NCBI GenBank assembly: GCA_020161835.1
Contig: JAIUNL010000008.1
Location: 84,552 to 148,551 of the forward strand
Origin: Bacteroidota bacterium
Lineage (GTDB): Bacteria; Bacteroidota; JABWAT01
Reading direction: 5' to 3'
Length of the DNA: 64,000 bases
Made by a program: the position numbers and the translations under genes
The notes under the pieces: model-generated
Told to the model about the DNA's origin: nothing
Database searches by the model: none
Seen by the model: the letters and a program-made list of their open reading frames with translations, nothing else
Part shown: positions 19,883-27,626 of the stretch, piece by piece
How the letters are laid out: each line of letters opens with the position of its first letter
How positions within the stretch are numbered: the stretch's first letter is position 1

Positions 19883-20737
19883 TTGAACCGAGTTACACCC
19901 TTTATAAGGATTTGCCGGCCAGGAAACAGTCTGCTGACGTTTGTTGCTGTCTGTACAGCCTGGATCGTTGCAGGGGGCACTTTGATTCCTTTTGATTCTG
20001 TTTTGCTTTTTGGAGCACTTGCAGCGGCCTTAACTGCTGCCGCCGGGAATGTGATCAATGACATTTTTGATTTGGAACCAGACCGGATTAACCGGCCAGA
20101 CCGGATTCTTCCTTCCGGGAAGTTAATAGTTTCAACTGCAATGGGGCTTTATGGTGGCTTGATTATTTCATCGCTGATAATTGGGTTTTTCTTTCTATCA
20201 AAGGAAAGCAACCTGATCATTTTGTTAACCCATCTCTCACTTTTTTTCTACTCCCGTTTACTCAAACGTCTACCACTTTACGGCAATCTTCTCATTTCCT
20301 TTTTGATGGGATTGACGTTTATTTACGGATCGGTACTGCTCGGAAATCCAATTGCCGGTTTGGTTCCTGCCGGATTTGCTTTTCTTTTTACCTTTGCAAG
20401 GGAGCTAGTGAAAGACCTTGAGGATATTGAAGGTGACCAAACTGCACAGATGAAAACCTTTCCGGTTGTCTACGGAATCCAATCTGCAAAACATTTATCT
20501 ATTTCTGTTATCTGGATGACTGTCTTGTTATTACCAGTTCCGACATTAAGTAATTATTATGGCTCATTTTACCTGATTGTGGTTATTGGGTTTGTTGGAA
20601 TTCCAGCCATCGTTCTTTCAGTTTATCTTTTTCTTGCCAAATCCAAACGGGATTTTTCTTTAATCTCACTCGTCCTTAAAATTTTGATTTTACCGTCTCT
20701 GCTAGCTATTTCGCTCGATCGGTATATAACTCTATGA
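19883..20737 (+). CDS. UbiA-family prenyltransferase, DGGGP-synthase-like
   Basis: 284 aa with about 8 TM helices. The first Asp-rich motif NDIFDLEPDRINRPDRILPSGKL closely matches the NDxxDxxxDxINxPxRPIPSG signature of (S)-2,3-di-O-geranylgeranylglyceryl-phosphate synthase and chlorophyll synthase clade enzymes. Confidence 0.7.
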   Translation: MNRVTPFIRICRPGNSLLTFVAVCTAWIVAGGTLIPFDSVLLFGALAAALTAAAGNVINDIFDLEPDRINRPDRILPSGKLIVSTAMGLYGGLIISSLIIGFFFLSKESNLIILLTHLSLFFYSRLLKRLPLYGNLLISFLMGLTFIYGSVLLGNPIAGLVPAGFAFLFTFARELVKDLEDIEGDQTAQMKTFPVVYGIQSAKHLSISVIWMTVLLLPVPTLSNYYGSFYLIVVIGFVGIPAIVLSVYLFLAKSKRDFSLISLVLKILILPSLLAISLDRYITL

Positions 20738-21636
20738 CCCACAAAACCGCCGTAACGTTTTTAACCATTCAAACTTTTGTTGTAAGTCTGGGTTATATTT
20801 TGACAAAAGCAATTGGTTTTGATATGGATCCGTTTTCCATATTATTTTTCCGTGCTTTTATAACAGGTCTTGTTTCTTTTCTGTTGATTCAAATCTTGTA
20901 CAAAACTGAAGCCAGTGAAATAAACGAAAGCAAGGCTTTGTGGAAGTTGTCTTTTCTGGCAGTTCCGCTGAATCAAAGTTGCTTTTTAATCGGGATTCAT
21001 TACACCTCAACCGGTGAAGCTGCCGTCATTTATGCCCTTGTTCCTGTGATCACTTATCTGATTTCACTTTTCAGGAAGGAAGAGTTTTTTGAGTTTAAAA
21101 GGATGTCAGGGGTTTTGATAGCTTTTATCGGAGTTCTGATCATTTTACTCAGTACGCATACTGCTTTTTCAGCCGGACATCTCTGGGGAAATTTAACCAT
21201 TCTGGCTGGTGCTGTTACCTGGGCCTTTTACACCGTTGAAAGCCGCCGGTTCAGCATTCGGTATAATCCGTTTGTTTTTTCTCTCAAAATGCTGACTCAT
21301 GGGGCGGTCTGGAGTTTCCCGCTGATTATCTGGGTTGTATTCAACGGGATTCCGTTATCAGCCAAACCTGAAGTCTGGGGAGTTATCGGTTATCTTGCCA
21401 TTTTCGGAACCATTGTGAGTTACGCACTTTGGGTAACCGGTCTTAAAGTTCTTGAACCCAGCCGTGTGGCGATTTTCACAAACGGGCAGCCGATCATGAC
21501 CACAATTTTGAGTTATTTCATTCTCAGTCAAGCCATTACGTTACCGTTTCTGGCAGGTGGAGTTCTGGTTATTTCAGGAGTTCTGATCACACAATATGCA
21601 GGTCTCTGGAAGTTTGCAAAAACGAAAATCAACTGA
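20734..21636 (+). CDS. DMT superfamily (EamA-like) transporter
   Basis: 300 aa with about 10 TM helices in two EamA-like halves. It overlaps the UbiA gene by 4 nt. Confidence 0.7.
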   Translation: MTHKTAVTFLTIQTFVVSLGYILTKAIGFDMDPFSILFFRAFITGLVSFLLIQILYKTEASEINESKALWKLSFLAVPLNQSCFLIGIHYTSTGEAAVIYALVPVITYLISLFRKEEFFEFKRMSGVLIAFIGVLIILLSTHTAFSAGHLWGNLTILAGAVTWAFYTVESRRFSIRYNPFVFSLKMLTHGAVWSFPLIIWVVFNGIPLSAKPEVWGVIGYLAIFGTIVSYALWVTGLKVLEPSRVAIFTNGQPIMTTILSYFILSQAITLPFLAGGVLVISGVLITQYAGLWKFAKTKIN

Positions 21637-21803
21637 GAAATCGGTGTTTTTAAATAGAAATCTGTTGGATAATTTTCACCTGATCGGTCATGTCCTATCT
21701 GTCACAGTTTGGTTTTAACTGTCCCATTTATTTTCCCCTTACCGATTCCGTTTAGAAAATCACCTTTTGCTTGTTATTTTTGTAAGAAAAACAGGGCAAC
21801 TCC

Positions 21804-23210
21804 ATGAACTTACATCAGGACGGACCCGGATCATCCCGGAAAAGAAAAGGCGACTCGCCCCGGAAAAAAGAATTCGACGAAATGAAAGCCCTCCTTTTTG
21901 AGGTCGGGGTTCTTAATTTTGATTCCGAAAATCTGGATGACATGCTCGAGTTTTACACCGAAAACGATTATGATGATGAAGCCCTTGAAATCATCAATTT
22001 TGTTCTTGAAGCTTCACCCCACAATTCAGATTTCTGGTTTAGAAAAGGCGTTCTTCTTACTGAAAACCAATATTGGGAAGATGCCTTTAATTGTTTCCAG
22101 ACCGCACTGACCTATAATCCAACCGATTCTGAAGTCCATTTATTCCGTGGCGTTTGTCTTGATAATATGGGTAGTTTTGAAGAAGCCATCCAGTCTTTTG
22201 AACAGGCACTTTCTATGGATCCGGCAAATCCTGACATCCATTACAATCTGGGTGTTTCGTATGAAAAACTGGAAGAATACGGCGAAGCCATTGAAAATTT
22301 CAAAACGGCTTTAGTCTTAAACCCCATGCATCGTGATGCCGCTTTTGAGCTGGGTTATTGCTACGATATGATTGGTGAATCAGAAAAATCTATCGAATAT
22401 TACGAAAAACAACTGGATTCAGATCCGTACAATTTTAACGCCTGGTACAATCTGGGTGTGGCTTTATCAAAACAGGAAGCGTTTGAGCGGGCTCTTCATG
22501 CGTTTGATATGTCATTGGCTATCAATGAGAAATTTGGTCCGTCACAGTTTAACAAAGCGAATACACTGGTTCGTATGGGAAAATTTGTTCAGGCCATCGC
22601 TGAATATGAAGATTATCTCCGTAACGAACCCAATGATAATGCTGCAAGAGAGAATATTGCCAATGCTTTTCTGGAAATCGAAAAGTATTCAAAAGCCATT
22701 CCGTACTTAAAGGAAGTGGTCTCAGATGAACCTGAAAACGCCGATGCCTGGTATGCATTGGGTTGTGCTTACGATGGAAATGAACGGTTTATCGAAGCAT
22801 TAACAGCCTTTCAGATGGCCGTCAGGTTCGAAAGTGAAAACTCAGAATATTTATACGCTGTAGCCGACACATTATATAATCTTGGTAGGCCTGAAGAGTC
22901 CCTTCCGGTATATAAAAAAGTAGTTTCCCTGGATTCTGCCAATCATTTGGCCTGGTTTGATCTGGCTGAAACCGCATTTGAACTCAATTTATTCAGGGAA
23001 GCCGAAAAAGCCATTTCTCTGGCCGTTCTGCAAAGCGGAAATAATTACGACTATCGGATTCTTGCTTCACAGATTTATTTTGCCGTTGAAAAAGAAAAAG
23101 ATGCCTGGATTCATTTGAAAGCAGCGTTTAAAATTGATCCATCAAAAATCCAGACCATTCTTGATCAGATGCCTGATATTCAGGATAATTTTTTCAAAGA
23201 TTTGAAGTAA
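21804..23210 (+). CDS. tetratricopeptide-repeat protein
   Basis: 468 aa with more than 10 tandem TPR units (W/Y..G..y....Y.eA...f..Al.l.P....A). Confidence 0.7.
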   Translation: MNLHQDGPGSSRKRKGDSPRKKEFDEMKALLFEVGVLNFDSENLDDMLEFYTENDYDDEALEIINFVLEASPHNSDFWFRKGVLLTENQYWEDAFNCFQTALTYNPTDSEVHLFRGVCLDNMGSFEEAIQSFEQALSMDPANPDIHYNLGVSYEKLEEYGEAIENFKTALVLNPMHRDAAFELGYCYDMIGESEKSIEYYEKQLDSDPYNFNAWYNLGVALSKQEAFERALHAFDMSLAINEKFGPSQFNKANTLVRMGKFVQAIAEYEDYLRNEPNDNAARENIANAFLEIEKYSKAIPYLKEVVSDEPENADAWYALGCAYDGNERFIEALTAFQMAVRFESENSEYLYAVADTLYNLGRPEESLPVYKKVVSLDSANHLAWFDLAETAFELNLFREAEKAISLAVLQSGNNYDYRILASQIYFAVEKEKDAWIHLKAAFKIDPSKIQTILDQMPDIQDNFFKDLK

Positions 23211-23215
23211 CCCAG

Positions 23216-24073
23216 ATGGTTATTTCCGGGTCTGAATTCCTTGAACTTGCCTCAAAGGATACAAACACGTCCTTTCTTGGTGTAATTGGGAATCCAATTT
23301 CTCATTCCCGTTCACCCAAACTCCATTCCTTCATTTATTCTGCACTCGGTATCAAAGCCAGGTATTTTGCACTTTCTTTCGAAACAGACCTGAATCTTTC
23401 TGATTTTCTGGATGAATGTGAAAAACATCCAAACATTCCGGGATTTAATATCACCATTCCTTTTAAAGAAACGGTATTCAGAAAATTCCGCCCGGAAAAA
23501 TTGCTTCAAATTGGCTCTGTGAATACTCTGATTTCCCGTTCAGGACAATTTTTTGGGGAAAATACTGATTGGGTTGGCTTTGTAGATCCGATCAGAAAAG
23601 AAAACCTAAACTCAGCTCTTATTCTAGGTTGGGGTGGTGCAGCCAAAGGTGTTGTTTTTGGACTCAGAACCGTCTGGCCAAACTGTAAAATCACCATTGT
23701 AAGCAGAAAAAAACATGAAGAACTTGACGGGATTAATTGGATTATTTCAGATTATTCCGTGTTGCCTGAGTCACTTCCGCCAACAGATATCATAATCAAT
23801 ACAACACCACTCGGAATGACCGGGAAAACTGAGAACTTTTCGGACGTATTTCTGAAATTACTGCCTGAAACAAACTTTGCTTATGATATTATTTACACAC
23901 CTGCAGAAACCCGTTTTTTATCTTTCTTCAATGAAAAATCAATCAAGACACAAAATGGTTTAGATATGTTTATTGGCCAGGCTCTTGCCTCGCACGAACA
24001 GTGGTTCGGGAAACTTGATGGTCAAACGAAAATGGATTTGACTCTTTCACTTGCTCAATTCCTTCAGTCATGA
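23216..24073 (+). CDS. aroE: shikimate dehydrogenase
   Basis: 285 aa with the AroE N-terminal substrate motif GVIGNPISHSRSP and a central Rossmann GWGGAAKG. Confidence 0.8.
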   Translation: MVISGSEFLELASKDTNTSFLGVIGNPISHSRSPKLHSFIYSALGIKARYFALSFETDLNLSDFLDECEKHPNIPGFNITIPFKETVFRKFRPEKLLQIGSVNTLISRSGQFFGENTDWVGFVDPIRKENLNSALILGWGGAAKGVVFGLRTVWPNCKITIVSRKKHEELDGINWIISDYSVLPESLPPTDIIINTTPLGMTGKTENFSDVFLKLLPETNFAYDIIYTPAETRFLSFFNEKSIKTQNGLDMFIGQALASHEQWFGKLDGQTKMDLTLSLAQFLQS

Positions 24074-25197
24074 CGACTCTCCTTTGCCTTTGTCTTTTTC
24101 TTCAAAGCCAGACACTAAATTTGTTTGGACTTCAAGTTCCGGTTAATCCTGTTCACATTGAATGGGCAAAATCAGAAAAGAAAATAGATTTGCTTGATAA
24201 TCAGTTTGAATGGGTTGCCGAAGACCTGGTTTCAGAATCTCTTAATTGGAAGACCTTAACGGATTGGCAAAAAATCAGGCTTTCAATTGCTTATTCTGGG
24301 GTATTATTCCCCAACCAGGACTCTAAATCAAGTAAATTAACCTATTTTATCTGGAAAAAATGGGGTTTTGATACGGAGTGGGTGAAAACAGATTCTGGGT
24401 TAAGAGTTCCGCTTATTGCCATTCACCAGCAACTATTCGGACTTCAATTCTACCGAATTTCAGGGAAAAAATTCTATGACGTTTTAAAACTGACCCAGAC
24501 AGAAAAGCTAAACGGGAAAATTAAAATCACGCTTGAAGAAACAGAATCTGAAGAGGATTCCGGTTTAAAACCTGCTTTTATCGATTTGTCACAACTTCCC
24601 GTTATTTCAGAATCAAAATCTGAAAAGAAACTGGACTGGATTTTCAAAGAGAAAACCTACTCTTTAACGGTAGAAATTAACCGGAATCTGGCTGATTATT
24701 ATCTGAGTTTACCCAATATCCGGTTTCAGGACGCCTTGTTATACCGGTTTTCACCTGGCCTGCTGCGCTCTTTGGTTATTCCACTAAAAGCCCTGATGAA
24801 AGAAAATGGGTTAACTGAACACGAAAAAGTGGAATGCATCAGGCAAATGCTACTGCAATGTTTTCCTTACATTGACGATCAGGTTTTGTTTGGATATGAG
24901 CATCTTCAGTTTCCCGAAGAAATTTTGCTTTCTGATGGGTGTGATTGTGAAGACCGGTCGGTTTTCATGTTCAAACTTGTTGAACAATTGACTACCTTAA
25001 AACCCTTGCTGGCAGACTTTCCTGAACATGTCAGTTTACTGATTACTGCTCCGGAAGGTTGGCAGGGTGAAGTGTATGAGTTTGACTCAAGATATTTTGT
25101 TTACTGCGACCCAACCTATTTTAATGCACCGTTTGGTGAAACACCGGCCGAAATCAAAGAATTAATCCCGGAAATCATTGATTATGACGAAAAATAA
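24070..25197 (+). CDS. hypothetical protein with a possible transglutaminase-like Cys core near the C-terminus
   Basis: 375 aa. The segment SDGCDCEDRSVFMFKLVEQL resembles a transglutaminase-like cysteine-protease core, but the rest was not recognised. Confidence 0.35.
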   Translation: MTTLLCLCLFLQSQTLNLFGLQVPVNPVHIEWAKSEKKIDLLDNQFEWVAEDLVSESLNWKTLTDWQKIRLSIAYSGVLFPNQDSKSSKLTYFIWKKWGFDTEWVKTDSGLRVPLIAIHQQLFGLQFYRISGKKFYDVLKLTQTEKLNGKIKITLEETESEEDSGLKPAFIDLSQLPVISESKSEKKLDWIFKEKTYSLTVEINRNLADYYLSLPNIRFQDALLYRFSPGLLRSLVIPLKALMKENGLTEHEKVECIRQMLLQCFPYIDDQVLFGYEHLQFPEEILLSDGCDCEDRSVFMFKLVEQLTTLKPLLADFPEHVSLLITAPEGWQGEVYEFDSRYFVYCDPTYFNAPFGETPAEIKELIPEIIDYDEK

Positions 25198-25933
25198 AAG
25201 CTTTATCGAAATTCAATTTAACTCACCTTTTAAAATAAAGGCGGCCGTTTCAACCCGTATGGGTGGCGAAAGCGGAGGTCCATACTCCTCTTTCAATCTG
25301 GGGAAAAGTTCGGGTGACGATCTTATTCCTGTAAATAAAAACAGGGAAGCTTATGCCAGTTGGTATGGTGCAAATCCCGGAAAAATGGTTTTCGCTTTTC
25401 AATGCCATGGCAGTCAGATTGAAACTGTTGGTTCACCGGGTGAGTTTACTGATGTCGATGGTTTTATGACTCAAACACCCGGTTTACTGTTAAATGTTTC
25501 AATTGCCGATTGCTTTCCGGTTTGGTTTCATGATTCTGTTACGGGATGGATTGGATTGACTCATTGCGGATGGCGGGGAATTGCAAAAGGAATCCATAAA
25601 ATCCAGGTTCAAAAGTTGATTGAAACCGGCAGTAAAATTGAAAATATCCAGGTTGTTATCGGACCCGGCATCCGTTTATGCCACTTTGAAGTGGGTGGTG
25701 AAGTTGCAGAATGTTTTCCACTGAAATTCATCCGTGAAAGTGAAACGATTGGTAAGTTTTTTGTGGATTTACCCGGCATTATCCGTCAGGATTTTCTTGA
25801 TCTTGGGATCTGGCAAAAAAATATTGAAGATATGGATCGGTGCACCTACTGTGAACCCGACGTTTTTTATTCCTATCGCCGGGATGGCGGGGTTACCGGC
25901 AGAATGATGGCCGGAATTATGAAAATACAGTAA
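25178..25933 (+). CDS. pgeF: peptidoglycan editing factor PgeF (YfiH / laccase-domain, DUF152)
   Basis: 251 aa carrying the family motifs (SFNLG, HCGWRG, and a Cys near the C-terminus). Confidence 0.8.
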   Translation: MIMTKNKSFIEIQFNSPFKIKAAVSTRMGGESGGPYSSFNLGKSSGDDLIPVNKNREAYASWYGANPGKMVFAFQCHGSQIETVGSPGEFTDVDGFMTQTPGLLLNVSIADCFPVWFHDSVTGWIGLTHCGWRGIAKGIHKIQVQKLIETGSKIENIQVVIGPGIRLCHFEVGGEVAECFPLKFIRESETIGKFFVDLPGIIRQDFLDLGIWQKNIEDMDRCTYCEPDVFYSYRRDGGVTGRMMAGIMKIQ

Positions 25934-25965
25934 ATACGAAATACAATAACTACCAAATTCTTTAA

Positions 25966-26157
25966 CCACGAAACACACGAAAATCACGAAAAAATACGGT
26001 TTTTATTTAAATACAAATGGGTTTATATCCTCGCCCCTTTGTTCATTTAGATGTCATTCCCGTCCCGCAAGCGGGAGGAATTCATTCCTCCGTTCAGGTA
26101 ATTAATACTGGATTCCCGCCTTCGCGGGAATGACAGCCAAATTCGTGTGTTTCGTGG
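25966..26157. repeat. MITE-like or intergenic palindromic element with 14-bp terminal inverted repeats and nested hairpins
   Basis: The terminal repeat CCACGAAACACACG (25966-25979) is the perfect reverse complement of CGTGTGTTTCGTGG (26144-26157). Inside is an inner 10-bp inverted repeat, GTCATTCCCG (26053-62) with CGGGAATGAC (26125-34), which encloses two GC-rich hairpins (TCCCGC-aa-GCGGGA and ATTCCCGC-cttc-GCGGGAAT). The left end also carries 3-4 tandem (C/T)ACGAAA repeats. Confidence 0.4.
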
Positions 26158-26168
26158 TGAAACTTCCC

Positions 26169-27542
26169 TCAGATTCTTTCCAGTCTTGCCGTAAAGTGTC
26201 TTAAAACGGGAGCTTCATAGACAATTTTCAATCCCCGTACTGAATCACGGTGAGTAAACAACTCTATCAATCCTTCCGCCACATAATTCATGTGCATGGT
26301 TGTATAAACCCGTCTTGGAATTGCCAGCCGAACCAAATCCAATCTTGGCAAAATTTCTTTTCCCGTTGCTTCATCCTTCTTTCCGAACATGAGCGAACCG
26401 ACTTCCACACCACGGATTCCAAACTGTTTATAAAGTTCAACAACGAGAGCCTGACCAGGAAATTCTTCTGGTTTGATGTTTGGGTAAAACTTTCTGGCAT
26501 CAATGTAAACGGCATGTCCGCCAGCAGGACGAATGACCGAAATGCCTGCACCGGTCAGTAAATCAGCCAGATATTTCACCTGATTGGTCCGGTAGGCCAG
26601 ATAATTTTCATCCAAAGCTTCCATGATCCCGATTGAAATGGCTTCAAGATCACGGCCGGCAAGTCCGCCATAAGTAGGGAAACCTTCGATCAGAATCAGA
26701 TAATTGGTAATTCTTCGTGAAAGTTCAGTATCATTCAGGGCAAGAAATCCGCCAATGTTCACCAATCCATCTTTCTTTGCACTCATGGTACAGCCATCGG
26801 CATAAGAAAACATTTCATTGGCAATTTCCATGATGGATTTGTTTTCGTATCCCTTTTCACGGGTCTTGATGAAATAGGCATTTTCAGCAAACCGGCAGGC
26901 ATCAAGAAACAGGGGAATGCCAACTGATTTCAGAAGGGAACTTACCGACCTGATATTTTCCATCGAAACCGGCTGTCCGCCACCCGAGTTATTGGTGATG
27001 GTCAGCATGCAAACCGGAATTCGTTCCTTTCCATATTGTGTGATAACGGCTTCCAGTTTTTTCAAATCCATATTGCCTTTGAACGGAAGTTCAAGTTCAG
27101 GCTGATAAGCTTCATCTATCACCAGATCAAGTGCCGTTCCTTTGTGGAATTCAATGTTTGCCCGTGTGGTATCAAAATGGCTGTTGCTCGGGATGACGGT
27201 ATTTTCATTGGCTATCAGGCTGAAAAGCAGGTTTTCGGCAACCCGGCCCTGGTGTGTGGGAATCACATGTTTAAAGCCGGTAATACTTTTGATGGTTTCT
27301 TCAAATCGGTAGAAACTCCGGCTGCCTGCATAAGCTTCGTCACCCGTCATCATCCCGGCCCATTGCCGGTCACTCATTGCGCTGGTTCCTGAATCGGTGA
27401 GTAAATCAACAAAAATGGTATCGGCAGGGATAGAGAACAGATTATTTCCGGCTTCTTCCAGAAATTTAACCCGTTCTTCAAGGGTTGTCATTTTAATCGA
27501 TTCAACTACTTTTATTTTAAACGGTTCGGCTGGGAAACGCAT
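26169..27542 (-). CDS. tnaA: tryptophanase / tyrosine phenol-lyase family PLP-dependent beta-eliminating lyase. The likely start is the internal Met (MRFPAEPFKIKVVE...).
   Basis: It aligns along its whole length with E. coli TnaA (PEPFRIRVIE..., IPTHQGRGAE, SAKKDGLVNIGG with the PLP-lysine, and the C-terminal LRHFTARL). Confidence 0.8.
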   Translation of the reverse strand: MRFPAEPFKIKVVESIKMTTLEERVKFLEEAGNNLFSIPADTIFVDLLTDSGTSAMSDRQWAGMMTGDEAYAGSRSFYRFEETIKSITGFKHVIPTHQGRVAENLLFSLIANENTVIPSNSHFDTTRANIEFHKGTALDLVIDEAYQPELELPFKGNMDLKKLEAVITQYGKERIPVCMLTITNNSGGGQPVSMENIRSVSSLLKSVGIPLFLDACRFAENAYFIKTREKGYENKSIMEIANEMFSYADGCTMSAKKDGLVNIGGFLALNDTELSRRITNYLILIEGFPTYGGLAGRDLEAISIGIMEALDENYLAYRTNQVKYLADLLTGAGISVIRPAGGHAVYIDARKFYPNIKPEEFPGQALVVELYKQFGIRGVEVGSLMFGKKDEATGKEILPRLDLVRLAIPRRVYTTMHMNYVAEGLIELFTHRDSVRGLKIVYEAPVLRHFTARLERI

Positions 27543-27626
27543 AGCAGATTTTCCTTTTCCTTGGTCATGGTTTGGTCTGCCCAAAGGTAGGAAAGTTGAG
27601 GTTGATTTGAAACTGGAATTTTCTGA

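Noticed and set aside
26111-26134. ATTCCCGCCTTCGCGGGAAT has the ATTCCC-N8-GGGAAT form of the Neisseria dRS3 repeat
   Set aside because: This is wrong-lineage, a single occurrence and a generic GC-rich palindrome, so I treat the resemblance as coincidental. The element is described on its own merits instead.
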